Assembly: GCA_030770535.1 (NCBI GenBank)
Contig: JASVEC010000022.1
Location: forward strand, 682,001 to 746,000
Length of the DNA: 64,000 nt
Reading direction: 5' to 3'
Origin: Batkoa obscura
Lineage: Eukaryota
The notes under the pieces were generated by a model. It was given only the letters and a program-made list of their open reading frames with translations. It did no database searches and had not been told where the DNA came from. The position numbers and the translations under genes were made by a program. Shown piece after piece: positions 40,787 through 53,699 of the stretch (position 1 is the stretch's first letter; each line of letters opens with the position of its first letter).

Positions 40787-40971
40787 TATAACTAATATAA
40801 ATCACTTTTATTCTATTTGTTATTTATTGAATAATATATTATTATTACCTACAGACAAATGCCTATCGTCCATATATCTTAGTTTGATTTATAAGGCCAT
40901 TACTTGTTTTATATTTAATGGACAAATTTTGTTTACAATATTATATGAAATAGTGATTAATTATAAATATA

Positions 40972-41068
40972 CAGGGATGTATTTTTGTATAAGAATTTTA
41001 CCAACAAATTTCCCACTCAAATAGCGCTTAAAAAATGGAAAAAATAATGAAGTCAAAAAACACTCCCA
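40972..41068 (-). mobile_element. ~100-bp MITE copy
   Basis: TA|CAGGGATGT...ACACTCCCA|TA. Confidence 0.85.
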
Positions 41069-42552
41069 TACGTACTAAGAAATAATCAAAATAAAAAATG
41101 GTGGTAAAATACATTAGAATTTGTTAAAGAAATTGATTACCAGGGCTCAATTATTGAATTTGATAATATACAAGCCCTTTAGGAGAATAACTATGTCACT
41201 TTTGTTCAAGTTGATGTGGATACGATCAATGGTTTAGGACACATATAATCAACATTAGAAGCAAACAACAACCCAAATTAATTGTAATCTAAATAATTTT
41301 TGAAATTCTTGAAAGAGCTCGATGCATAAGTGTCTAATTAATAAACGAAGAAAAATTTAAAGAGCAAACGAAAGAGATTATAAAACTTTGACCTTACATC
41401 CACTTCTATTATCTGTTAGACAACTTTGGACAAGTTTTGACTCATTTCTACATACTGTTCTCCACTTTACATGTATGAACTCTAGAGTAGGGCATAAAGG
41501 CTTTTTAGCAGAAGGTATCCTGTGTGGACTTTGTAGATAGTCTGAAATTAAGTAAGTGTTAAATTACATCTTTTTTACATAAAAGCTTAATCTATAAAGG
41601 TAGTATCTTTGAGATATTTAAAAACTAATTAGTCAAATCAACTGCTTAATTCTATTTTTTATTTTTACTTTTATGTATTATAATATAAGTAATATTCAAT
41701 AAACAATAATTATTATAACTATATGGTAGATTTAACGTCTGTTTGAAAATGAATTCACAAAAAATTATTTATTATGTATAATATCAGATTCATTAACCTT
41801 ATTTTAAACTCATCTGATTGTTAAGTTGACATATAACACCAAACCATTTCATAAATAAATAGTCATATAACACAAGTGTTATTATAATGGATTGAAAATA
41901 TTTATTCTCATCAGTCAATCGATTAGCAAACAAAAGTATAATATTTTATCAAAAGCTGTTTCATAGTGTTTATTAAATTAAATTATTAGGTTTGAAATAA
42001 TCAAAAAAGGGATGTCATTGGCAGTAACAGGAGTAGTTGAACCAAATGAATCTCCAGTAACAGAAGCGTTTTAATGTTAGTTTTAATGTTGCTTTTAATA
42101 CAATAAAATCTTGTAATATATAAATTTTATTTAAAATTTTTAAAATATAATAGTTGGATATCAATGGCCTGTAGTCACTATTTTACTATTTTACTATATG
42201 TATTTATGTTTTTCCCATTATTAACATTTTCATTAGTATTTAAGTATATATACAAAATTATGAGATATTCAATATCTTGCCATTATTATTGTGGTTATTA
42301 TTGCCACTATTGTTATTTATTTGTAGATATTATGATAATATATATTTTCCTATCTATTCTAATATACAAAATTCGAAAATTAATTAAACCTATAAATTAG
42401 AGCAATCAAGCTTAAAGCTTAAACTTGATTAGTCAAAACTGGGAACATAAAAGTTTGGCGTAAATTAGGCTGTATTGTAAAAGGATTAAGAAACTGCTTG
42501 ATTTAAGGTCTCTTCTACGCGTTCACTTTAGAACTCCTAACCTCCATTTAAT

Positions 42553-43573
42553 ATGAAGGTAATTTTACCATAGTCAATAAAGAAATTAAAACAGAGATAA
42601 CGATATCAAAATGGATGCATCCATCAAATTATCAGCTATAAAATAGACCTTTAAAACTTTAATTTTAATATAAATATTGGTCAATAAACGAATTATCGAA
42701 ATTACACAACAATAAATTTATAAACAAGATGTCTGAAACTTTTTATTACAGTTGAACATTGCCAACCCAGCCACTGGCTGCCAAAAACTTATTGATATTG
42801 ATGATGAGCGTAAAGTGTAAGTATTTTGTTTTTCTATTTTACTATATAAACTATGAAACATTCTCCTAATCTGAGTGCTAAAAGATATATATAGTCGTGT
42901 CTTCTATGAAAAACGTATGTCTGCTGAAGTTGCTGGTGACACCATTGGAGATGAATTCAAAGGTTACGTTTTCCGTATCACCGGTGGTAACGATAAACAA
43001 GGTTTCCCAATGAAACAAGGTATCCTTGTTCCAGGTCGTGTACGTCTCCTTTTATCTAAAGGACACTCTTGCTACCGCCCACGTCGTACTGGTGAACGTA
43101 AACGTAAGTCAGTACGTGGTTGCATTGTAGGTTCCGATTTATCTGTCATTTCCCTTGTTATTGTTAAACAAGGTGAATCTGATATTCCCGGACTTACCGA
43201 TACCATTCAACCAAAACGTCTTGGTCCAAAACGTGCCAACAACATTCGTAAACTTTTCAATCTTACTAAAGAAGATGATGTACGTAAATTTGTTGTCCGT
43301 CGTGAAATTCAACCAAAAGATGAATCCAAAAAACCATACACCAAGGCTCCAAAGATCCAACGTTTAGTAACTCCAATCCGTATCCAACGTAAGAAAGCTC
43401 TCATCAAAAAGAAGAATGAACGTATTGCTAAGTCTAAGGAAGAAGCTGCTGACTATGCTAAACTTCTTGCTCAACGTACCAAAGAGTATCGTGAAAAGAA
43501 AGAAGAACTCAAGAAACGTAGAGCTTCCTCCAGAGGTTCTAAGGTTTCTAAGGTCTCTGAAGTTAAGGCCTAA
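42553..43573 (+). CDS. RPS6: 40S ribosomal protein S6 (eS6), 3 exons
   Basis: ATG AAG, intron 42559-42751, [21 protein letters not shown], intron 42817-42894, then [13 protein letters not shown]...[11 protein letters not shown]...[11 protein letters not shown]...RRASS. Confidence 0.98.
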
Positions 43574-44585
43574 ATTAGGACAAAATAAATAAGTTAATTG
43601 AAAAGATAGAGGTAAATTTAATATCGCTAAAACCTGACTGTTTCGAGATTGTTTTTGTTTTCTTTATTTTTTTCTAACTAATTTAGATTATTTTATTTTA
43701 TTAACTTTTTAGATAATAATGAGGGCAATAAAAATAATATTGTGGATAAAAATGGTATTTTATAAGCTTGTCAAATAAGAGCAAAGGAATTAAGAAATAA
43801 TTAAGGAAAAAGACATATAAATAGTATCAAATGTAAAGAAAGTGTAGCGACAGCTTTAAAGAATTAGATATGGATTTGTCTACGATTAGCTATCAATATA
43901 TCGACATGGCTTATAGAAATGCATTATTTTAAAATACCAGATATAACAGACTATATGCTTTTAAGTTGATAGAGTATTTCATAATCAGGCAAAAAGATTG
44001 AATTATAGTTACATATAGAAAGATTCGTTGTTAAATAAGTTAGTAGTTTAAGTTATTTTCTAACCATAAATTCTTTGATTTATAATAATAATTGGATTTA
44101 AAATATATATTTGTAAAGTTCATTAATTTGTTGGTTTGTTATTATGTGTTTACTTTGGTGCTTACTCAATTAGTTCATGAAAATTACTAAAGTTTGATTT
44201 TAGTAGATCATAATAAATAAAAAATATAAAAATATAAAAAATATCATTTCATTTTTAAATTTGTTATTCGACTATGTTCAAAGATAGTATATTAAATTAT
44301 TATACCTTTTATTTGATTTTATTCTAACATATAGCGGTTTTATTTAAATATTAATATTAGTCCTTAATGCTTACATTAAATAATATATGGTATCAATTAA
44401 TTATAATATGAATTGATAGAATATGGTCTATACTGAGATTTAATATTAACTGAAATTATAGTAAGCTGAATATTAAATTAATGACTGTAGATTGGTTCTA
44501 ATTGGACAGCTAATAAAACCATTGTTGAATAGCAAAATGATGAGTAATGTTTTAAAGCATTGTTTTTTTATAAACGTAGTTTTCA

Positions 44586-45565
44586 ATGGAACTAATAAGC
44601 CAAGGAGCAGAAGCTGTAAGGACTTGTAACAGTATTAATAAAATTTTGAAAAGTGTGGAATCAATCATAACCAAAAGATTTATTAATATGAAAGATTTGC
44701 AAAAAGGGATTAAAATTTATTTTGTTTAGAGAGTATATAAAATCGATTACTTGGGAGTACCAGCAATTTTAAAGCAAAGATTCAAAAAAACTTATCGACT
44801 TCCAGAGTTAGATGCTAAAATAACTAAAAGTCGAGTACTCCAGGTAAAAAATTTAAGTTAAAGTTATTTTTTAATTAGTTAAAGGAAGCTCGGTCAATGT
44901 ATCGCTGTCAAAAAGCAAACATAGCAACGCCAACTATTTACGATGTATGTCCAGAGGACAGTACATTAACGATGGAATTAATATCTGGATTGAGCATTAA
45001 AGAATTAATCTATCGTTATGGAAAAAAGCCAGAGGCAGCTAATTTTTTAAAAAGTAGATAATTCATATTTTATTTGATATTTTTAATCCTCGACTTTCTA
45101 AGGTGTAATGACCAAGATTGGCAAAGTTTTGTTTTCAATGCATGAAATTAATATTATACATGGGGATCTCACTACTTCAAATATTATGTTAAACGTTAAC
45201 TCAATAGACGCTGATATTGACAAAGAGAGTTATAAAGTTGTTTTGATTGATTTTGGATTAAGTTATATTGACTCTCATACGGAAGACAAAGCAGTAGATC
45301 TATATGTTTTAGAACGTGCATTCCTTTCTACTCACCCAGAATCTACCCATCTAGTAATCTATATTTAATACTTTAAATTAGTTATTTATGTTTTATAGTT
45401 TGAAGATGTATTATCATCTTATATGGGAGATGAAAAGAATGGTAATAAAATTACTAAACCAATTTTAAATAGATTAGAAGATGGTAAATATTTTATTTAT
45501 TTTTTTACATGTAACTTATTTCTTCAGTTCGTTTACGTGGGAGGAAACGCTCGATGATAGGTTAA
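44586..45565 (+). CDS. BUD32: KEOPS complex kinase Bud32/TP53RK, multi-exon
   Basis: [69 protein letters not shown]. Confidence 0.95.
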
Positions 45566-45911
45566 ATGCATTTAGTTTATGATAAATTTGGGTATACTTT
45601 GATTTTAGAATTCTCTAAATAGAATACATCTTACGTTAATATTTTACTAATATAAACAAACCTAAAGGATGTGCTAAACTTCATATTTTGGTATTTATGT
45701 TTTATTCTCATTATATGTAATAGGTCATTATATAGATTTAAATTTTAATATTAAAGTCATTTTCGACATTTTTATATAAATTAGTACTTTTATATTAATA
45801 ACATAACTAGAATTAAATCAATATTTTAAAACTAAAAAATAAACATTTAATATTGTTAGTAACTATTATTAATATCTAATATACGTAAGAATATACTGAT
45901 AAATGGATTTA

Positions 45912-47147
45912 TCATCCAAATACAGAAAAAATGAAGACACCTAAAACTACTATGAATGCAGATCCAAATTTGGCAGGAGATAGACATTGATGAGGGTCAT
46001 GTCCACAATATAAAAATGCAGAACAAACTAAAACACCAACTGTACGTAACGCTTGAATAATACCTGTTGATACCGCACCTGAGCTACTAATTAAAATATA
46101 GTATGATGAATTATGTGCTAGAGCAGAAAGGGTGAGGAGAATAAACCCACCGATTCCTTGAGAAAGAGAAACTGAAGCTTGTTCTTGCTCAAGGATGGTG
46201 CCTGTCTGAGAATAAGCGGCAGAAAATAACACAGAAAGTTTCGAGTATCTACTTGGTAAACTATAAAACAAATGAAAGAATACACAAACTATAATTCCAT
46301 AAATGCCAGTCCATTGGCAGACGAGTATTGGAGGTGGAGGGTTAGGTTTACTTAACAATTTTTCAGTGTAAACATAGCATCCAGCATATAAAAATATACC
46401 GGACGTAGTCAATAATATACCGATCATATTTGAATCTACTTCAAATTGGATAGTTGATGTTATATGGCTTACAAAAGTATTAAAAGTTAAACCAACAAAT
46501 ATAGCAAGGATACCCCACCACTGCAAAAAATTCAAAGTTCTATTTAAAACAAATCGAGATAATAAAGCAATAAATGGGATAAGTAATGCTGAAATAACTT
46601 GGTATAAACCAGATCCTATTCTAAACATACCTGCCGTTACTAGCCCATTACCGATTACATCCACTAAACTTAAAAAAATAAGTTGATTTCGGTGTGGTGT
46701 CATATCACTATTAACATCTATTTTTGGCCCAATAGGAATGAAAGCTACTAGAGCCATACCAAGATATGATGCAGTGACAGTTATTAAACTCGATTCATCT
46801 AAAATTTATAATTAATGCAAAATTAAATTGACATAAAATATAAAATCATTGAATATTAAATTTTGAATTATATCCGTACTATATGAATTACCTGCTACTC
46901 CATTATAGAACATGGTCTGGGCTACTAATGTACTAAATACCCCAGTGATTAAAAATAGAAATCTTAAAAATAGTAGATAGTTGGAATTTAGAGTTTCTGT
47001 TTCTTTATTAGGGATTGGTTCATTTGGATAGATGTTAGGGTGTTCTTTGGTGACTTGAGCTTGAATATTCTCTTCAAAAAAGGAATCTAAATGCTCTTCA
47101 TCAAACACTGGTACTAATACTCTTTCTTTTAATGCTATGCCTTCCAT
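45912..47147 (-). CDS. DMT/SLC35-family transporter, 2 exons
   Basis: About ten hydrophobic helices with IGSGLYQVI...ALLSRFVLNRTLNFLQWWGI and YVYTEKLL. Intron ~46799-46891. Confidence 0.8.
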
Positions 47148-47501
47148 AATAAAAACCCTTTAGTCTATCCTAATTTGCTTTTTAGAATTATTACTATAGC
47201 TTCAATGATTGGTTATTCTTATTTTAAAGTTAGTTTTAAAATTATGTTTTTACAGTCACACCTAATAGTAGCTTTTAAACTTTAAAATAGTAAATAATAA
47301 ATTTAACTAATAGTTTTTTCGAAGCTTCGAAGATGCTATAGGAGTAAGGATATTAGCTTTATGTACCAAAGGATGTCCTTTTCATATTATTTTTTAGTAG
47401 AGAAAGTCATATAGTAATATTTATTATATAAATGTTCCATTAGTTTTTGCTCATATTAGAACACGTTTAGAACAAAAAATAAATTATCTTCTTTCAAAAT
47501 A

Positions 47502-47600
47502 TGGGGATATATCTTTTTGTCCAAGAATTTTACTAACAATCTTTCTGCTCAAATAGCGCTTAAAAGATGGAAAAATAATGAAACTAAAAAAACAGCCACA
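47502..47600 (-). mobile_element. ~100-bp MITE copy
   Basis: Family core in reverse orientation, TA flanks. Confidence 0.8.
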
Positions 47601-47659
47601 TATATTAGTTTTTATAATTAGCTGTTATATTTAAAAGCCACATGTGATAGGGTTGTAAC

Positions 47660-47940
47660 TTTTAATAATTTTTTGATTCTACATCCAGTAGGATAGTATG
47701 GTTTATTTAAGGAAGTTTTTTTCAAAGGACTTGAATATTGGTATACAAAATACCTGAAGAAAGGCTGAAAATTTTTAGAAGATATGAAAACACTTTAACA
47801 AACAAGTCAGAATTTACACTACTTTGATGAAAGATGAAGATAGTAATTCTTTGGTGGGCGTTAAATTGTTCTATGGCATTACCACTGGGTTGCCTCTCCT
47901 CTAGCTTTTATTAATGTATATTTTTTAACATATCTTAATA
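47660..47940 (+). pseudogene. Possible highly degraded non-LTR (LINE) reverse transcriptase fragment
   Basis: Frameshifted motifs FDSTSSRIVWFI and GI-PLGCLSS..IFFN resemble AFDS.R..W and GIPQGCPLSP..FN. Many stops. Confidence 0.25.
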
Positions 47941-48062
47941 GCATGAGAAGCTTTACAGCTATAGTAAAAAATAATTCCACAATAAGAAGTAGCAATATAA
48001 TTTTTAATACTTATGGTAGATTTTATTTAAAATCAAGGATAGCTTAAGTTCTTTAATATATA

Positions 48063-48163
48063 CGGGGATAGTTTTTTTGGTTTCATTACTTTTTCCACCT
48101 TTTAAGTGCTATTTGAGCGGAAACATTGTTAGCAAAATTTTTAAACAAGAAAATACATTACCA
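48063..48163 (+). mobile_element. ~100-bp MITE copy
   Basis: TA|CGGGGATAG... followed by the family core. Confidence 0.8.
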
Positions 48164-48228
48164 TATTTTATTTCTATTAAGAACAAAACCAATAAGAGGT
48201 TTTTAGGTATCTTTTAATTGTCAATATA

Positions 48229-48327
48229 TGGGGATGTTTTTTAGTTTCATCACTTTTTCCACTTTTTAAGCGATATTTGAGTGGAGAAATTGTTAGTAAA
48301 ATTTCAAATATAGAAATATACCTCCTA
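48229..48327 (+). mobile_element. ~100-bp MITE copy
   Basis: TA|TGGGGATGT... followed by the family core. Confidence 0.8.
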
Positions 48328-49639
48328 TATATTGTATTGCTAGTTCTATTAACTCAAGAGCTTTAAGTATTAGTATTTAAAATATTAATTTTGTTTAAAT
48401 GTATAGCTTTAAGAATGTCATATATAAGATGTAAATGTTATCAATCCAAATAACAGAACATTATCTAAAAAACTAAAATACGAAAATAAATATAACATCG
48501 AAAATTTCTACTTTGCATTCTATAAAAATGTAAAGTTAATGTAGATATAGAATTATTAGGCAAACTTTACCTTTTTACGCCTTAATGGTAATAGAATGTA
48601 ATATAAGGTTATCGATAGTTTAAGGCTCTTTACATAGATAGCTGAGCTAGGAGGAACAATTAATAACAATAGTGACCAAAATTCATATATACGATTAAAA
48701 TTACTTTATCAATTTTTGTTGGGCAATTTGTTAAATTTTCTTATTTATCTGTTTTTAAATTTTATGAGAAAGCTATATAGTTATCATAAAACATAAATGG
48801 CGTTGAGTTATATGTAAATTGATTTTGAAATGTTAGTCCGTTATTTATTAAGCTACTTTATTGATATTATATATGTCTAAAAATAGTTTCATTAGGTCAA
48901 ATTTAGTAAACACTATCAGGCATTGGATTATAGTTCAGATTTATGATTATAAATTATACAATTTATCAATAGCGTCCCCTTTTAATGTCATTTTGAACAT
49001 TGGTCATGTCACTTTTTTTAAATAAATAGATAAGTAAGAGAGCTGACCTGTTTAATGCTTAAGAAATAGACTGGTCCTGTAAAATAAGTAATAAAATACA
49101 TAGATTATTTACACAGGAGCATTTGCTTTCAAATTTTGCAGCTATTGATAGATTAGGCTAAAAGCTACAGCAAGATACTAATACTTGCACTAAATAAACT
49201 TAAAGCAATTAAAAAAAAGTCAATTTAAGGCAATAGCTTTATCTTTAATTGGACTCAAGTATAAACACTTAATGTCTTTATAGTTTGCTCACTTACTGGT
49301 TTTTCTAAGCCTTTGGTTTGATAATTTAGTTGATTGCTTATAAACTTGAGAAAAATCAAATGATGTATCAATACAATTCATTTTATAAAATAATCTGTAT
49401 AATATATTGCTATTAAAAATAAATTAAAATTAAACCAATGATCAAAAAATATTTTAAAAACAACTCTAAATAAAAATAAATCCAAAAATATAAATAATTA
49501 TTCTATTGCATTGAATGATTGATAATTCTCATTTAAATTTATATAATTTATAGATAAAGAATTTGTAATAAAACTAAATGAGGATAGATAAGGTTTCATC
49601 TAATATAGAGCAAACAAAATAGACCGAAAAAATCAAAAG

Positions 49640-49651
49640 TATATAAAGAAG
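49640..49651 (+). promoter_or_regulatory. Putative TATA box (TATATAAAGAAG) conserved upstream of all five dioxygenase-like copies
   Basis: Same motif at 49640, 51338 and 53227, and mirrored in the right arm, although the farther flanks diverge. Confidence 0.55.
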
Positions 49652-49732
49652 ACAAGACATAATCAAAATATCATAAAACAATCCCAAACAAACATCTTAT
49701 CTATTAGCATCTATTTGCAAATTATATTCAAT

Positions 49733-50047
49733 ATGATTACTGATTTTACTGGTCCTATTTCTTACTTTGATGCTCATGTTTATTTTAAAAATCAAACTGA
49801 AGCATCAAAAGCACAAGTATTGAGAGAAATGTTATTACGAGAGTTTCATAATATCAGAGCTTATGATTTGAATAACAATGAGAATGGTGAATTCAAAATA
49901 CAAATATGTACCAAAAACGAATTTGCAACTTTATTACCTTGGTTAACATTGAATCGTAATGATCTATCTGTTTATATTGAACCTAAAGCAGAAGATGGAG
50001 TTATTAACAAACAAAAATCATCCATTTGGCTCGGTGACAAATTCTAA
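49733..50047 (+). CDS. DOPA 4,5-dioxygenase-like protein, copy 1 (outside the palindrome; PWL variant)
   Basis: FDAHVYF...A..LRE..LREF...FATLLPWLTLNRNDLSVYIEP...IWLG follows the fungal/bacterial DOPA-dioxygenase family pattern. ATG at 49733. Confidence 0.75.
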   Translation: MITDFTGPISYFDAHVYFKNQTEASKAQVLREMLLREFHNIRAYDLNNNENGEFKIQICTKNEFATLLPWLTLNRNDLSVYIEPKAEDGVINKQKSSIWLGDKF

Positions 50048-50270
50048 TCCTTTTTTACTATTGTGCAAATTTTAGTGTTTAATAAATATTATTATGATTT
50101 CAGATATTACTGTTTTGTTTATACTATCTATTACCCTGGCTGACAAAATAATTATTTTTTAATTTTGGTTACAGATATAGTGTTTGTTTTAGTATGACAG
50201 ATAATTTCAAGATGCAGCTTTTACAATAATATTATATAAATAGAAGTGATGTTATTAATTAAATAATATA

Positions 50271-50365
50271 TGAGAATGTATTTTTGTATAAGAATTTTAC
50301 TAGCAATTTTTCCGCTCAAATAGTGCTTAAAAGATGAAAAAAGTGAAGTCAAAAAAACATCCTCA
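50271..50365 (-). mobile_element. MITE forming the left terminus of the palindrome
   Basis: TA|TGAGAATGTA...ACATCCTCA|TA. Confidence 0.85.
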
Positions 50366-51384
50366 TATATTAAGAAACTTCTGAGTTCAAATAGAGTGAT
50401 CAAAATACTACATTTCAAAGCAACTCATTTATTAAGAAATGAAATGCAATAAAATAGAGTAGCTTTAACAAAAAAGATTTATTATTATATAGTCAAATAT
50501 ATAATAAAATACTAATTGTGTGATATAGAAGTTCTAATGAAAGCAACATGGTATTGTTTTTATTGTGTGTTATTTATCTTTTTTTAGGCTAAGAAAGCTA
50601 TCCCTCTCAGCTTAATAAAGTGCCCCTTTCTTTCCAAAATAAACAAACACACATACAATATTAGCTGCGTATAAATAAAATTATATTATATACATAAATT
50701 AAGAATAGGTTGGTCTTAATTAAAGCTACAGAATTCTAGAACAAAGCTTCAATATATTTGACATATAAATTAAGATTATTTAAAAACTTCATCTTTTTAA
50801 TATATTGAATTATATCAAGTGATTAAATATAGGTATATATGAAATTAAAATCAGTCTAATATAGATGATAATAGTCATTATAGGAAATGGAGGATATAAA
50901 ACTATCACACCAAACTAATACTAAACATGATGACTTTATAATATATAATATAATATTATTATTAATAGATTAAGATTAAGATAAAGAGAATCATTACTAA
51001 ATAAAAAGAAGGTTGTTGTAGTTTTTATTAGTTTATTAATAGTCTATGTTAAGATGATGATTAAAAATTCAATTTGTAGCTAATGGGTCGGTAAAAAGGT
51101 AATTTCTATATAAATCAATAAAGTTTCAATAGCTATTTATAATATAAAACATAAAATGATTATTTATATAAAATTAACTTGATTTATGACTAATTTACGG
51201 GAGATAGTTAAATTAAATGATTTTCATTTAAATTATATAAAATTTATTTAGGTTCTTAAATCAGCATTAGCTGTTTTATAACTTGTGATTGAAATTCAAA
51301 ATGTATTAAAATGAAAAAAAATCAAAAAATCAAAAAGTATATAAAGAAGATAAAATAGAATCAAAATATTATAAAACAAATTCA

Positions 51385-51452
51385 AAACAAACAAACAAAC
51401 AAACAAACAAACAAACAAACAAACAAACAAACAAACAAACAAACAAACAAAC
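51385..51452 (+). repeat. (AAAC)17 microsatellite upstream of copy 2 ATG
   Basis: Perfect array between TATATAAAG (51338) and the ATG (51484). Confidence 0.95.
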
Positions 51453-51483
51453 AAATATCTTATATATTAACATTATATTCAAT

Positions 51484-51798
51484 ATGATTACTGATTTTAC
51501 TGGTCCTATTTCTTACTTTGATGCTCATGTTTATTTTAAAAATCAAACTGAAGCATCAAAAGCACAAGTATTGAGAGAAATGTTATTACGAGAGTTTCAT
51601 AATATCAGAGCTTATGATTTGAATAACAATGAGAATGGTGAATTCAAAATACAAATATGTACCAAAAACGAATTTGCAACTTTATTACCTTTGTTAACAT
51701 TGAATCGTAATGATCTATCTGTTTATATTGAACCTAAAGCAGAAGATGGAGTTATTAACAAACAAAAATCATCCATTTGGCTCGGTGACAAATTCTAG
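51484..51798 (+). CDS. DOPA 4,5-dioxygenase-like protein, copy 2
   Basis: 104 aa, identical to copy 1 except W->L (PLL). Confidence 0.75.
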   Translation: MITDFTGPISYFDAHVYFKNQTEASKAQVLREMLLREFHNIRAYDLNNNENGEFKIQICTKNEFATLLPLLTLNRNDLSVYIEPKAEDGVINKQKSSIWLGDKF

Positions 51799-52170
51799 CT
51801 CTTTTTTGTTGCTATGTAAATATTATTGTGTAATTTAATAAACATTGCTTCTATTATATACATTTTATAATTTCAATATAATAATTTCGTTATTTCTACA
51901 CTAATTTCTATAATATTGTATCCCAAAATAACCAAAGTATATTTATACTTATATATATCACTTAACTTATAAAATCTGAGTGGAAATTTTATAACATTTT
52001 CTTATTATTATAAGTTACATATTATTTCTAATTAAATTAGACATTGAGTTATACAATTTCTGTATGGGACCATTGATTTTGAAGTTTTTATTACTCTTTA
52101 TATTAAATAATTACTATATTATTAAAAAATCAATATCAATAATACATTAATGAATAGTAAAACAATTATA

Positions 52171-52270
52171 TGGGGGTGTATCTTTGTATTTAAGAATTTT
52201 ACTGACAATTTTTCCACATAAATAGCGCTTAAAAAATGGAAAAATAATGAAACTAAAAAAAACAGCCCCA
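52171..52270 (-). mobile_element. ~100-bp MITE copy (mirrored at 56294-56393)
   Basis: TA|TGGGGGTGT...ACAGCCCCA|TA. Confidence 0.85.
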
Positions 52271-52641
52271 TATACAATATATCTATTCAAGATAAAACTT
52301 GTTGATAATACACTTCAGTATATTGAGCTCTCAGAATTATGAATATTAACTATTTAAATAAAAATGAAAGTACTTTTGATAATAATGTCAATTCTTTAAA
52401 GACATAATCATAAATTTTAAACTTTATAACACATTATACTTGTTAATGAATTGAACAACTTTTCTACGTCAATATAATTTTCAGTAAATCATATAATTTT
52501 AGAGGGATTTTATTTATTCTTACATGTATAAAATATAATAAAGTCCAAATAAACATTACCAGGCAAAGGATACAATTGAACTATCAAATTTCATTTTATT
52601 AATATCACTATAAAAATATCTGAATTAAATATTTAAATATA

Positions 52642-52741
52642 TGGGGATGTATTTTTATACTTAAGAATTCTACTAACAATCCTTCTACTCAAATAGTGCT
52701 TAAAAAATGAAGAAAGTGATGAAGCCAAAAAAACATCCCTA
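52642..52741 (-). mobile_element. ~100-bp MITE copy (mirrored at 55823-55922)
   Basis: TA|TGGGGATGT...ACATCCCTA|TA. Confidence 0.85.
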
Positions 52742-53273
52742 TATTCTTTTTTTAATTTTTTTTATTTTCATTAAGAGAAACAATAAAAGTGATTTAGATA
52801 TTATCATCAATGTAATAAAAAAGCAAATATATAATATACAACAACTTAAAATGGATAAAGTAAAACGAAAATTACCTAATATTTACTTATACAATTAACA
52901 AATGCTTTCAAAAGCTATACATTATGGGTAAATTGGTTAAATATAAAGCCGATGTTCACAGTGACAAAGCAATATTAAAATGAAACTATATAAGTAGCAC
53001 AATGATGTAAATGTGACTCTTACAGCAATATTTTAAAATAATATTAACATATTTATATAATCATATATATAATGTTGGTTTCAGACTCGGCGGTTTATAA
53101 AATTAATGATTTTCACTTAAATCTATATAATTTATAAAAATAATTTCTAACAAAATTAAAATGGAAATGAATGATTTCATTTTTAAAAAAAGTAAAATAC
53201 ACCGAAAAAATCAAAAAATCAAAAAGTATATAAAGAAGATAAAATAGAATCAAAATATTATAAAACAAATTCA

Positions 53274-53353
53274 AAACAAACAAACAAACAAACAAACAAA
53301 CAAACAAACAAACAAACAAACAAACAAACAAACAAACAAACAAACAAACAAAC
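53274..53353 (+). repeat. (AAAC)20 microsatellite upstream of copy 3 ATG
   Basis: Perfect array between TATATAAAG (53227) and the ATG (53385). Confidence 0.95.
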
Positions 53354-53384
53354 AAATATCTTATATATTAACATTATATTCAAT

Positions 53385-53699
53385 ATGATTACTGATTTTA
53401 CTGGTCCTATTTCTTACTTTGATGCTCATGTTTATTTTAAAAATCAAACTGAAGCATCAAAAGCACAAGTATTGAGAGAAATGTTATTACGAGAGTTTCA
53501 TAATATCAGAGCTTATGATTTGAATAACAATGAGAATGGTGAATTCAAAATACAAATATGTACCAAAAACGAATTTGCAACTTTATTACCTTTGTTAACA
53601 TTGAATCGTAATGATCTATCTGTTTATATTGAACCTAAAGCAGAAGATGGAGTTATTAACAAACAAAAATCATCCATTTGGCTTGGTGACAAACTTTAA
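53385..53699 (+). CDS. DOPA 4,5-dioxygenase-like protein, copy 3
   Basis: As copy 2 but with final residue L. Confidence 0.75.
   Translation: MITDFTGPISYFDAHVYFKNQTEASKAQVLREMLLREFHNIRAYDLNNNENGEFKIQICTKNEFATLLPLLTLNRNDLSVYIEPKAEDGVINKQKSSIWLGDKL

Noticed and set aside
41090..41560. Possible transposase or gene relic
   Set aside because: Interrupted frames with no identifiable catalytic motif.
42005..42075. Short GC-richer segment with repeated CAGTAACAG and a 20-codon ORF
   Set aside because: Too short to support a gene or ncRNA call without a search.
42559..42894. Intronic snoRNA in RPS6 introns
   Set aside because: CTGA is present, but I could not identify a convincing box C (RTGATGA) with terminal stem or an H/ACA architecture.
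49715..49732. N-terminal extension (MQIIFN) on dioxygenase-like copy 1
   Set aside because: It relies on a TTG start. The ATG at 49733 matches the other four copies.
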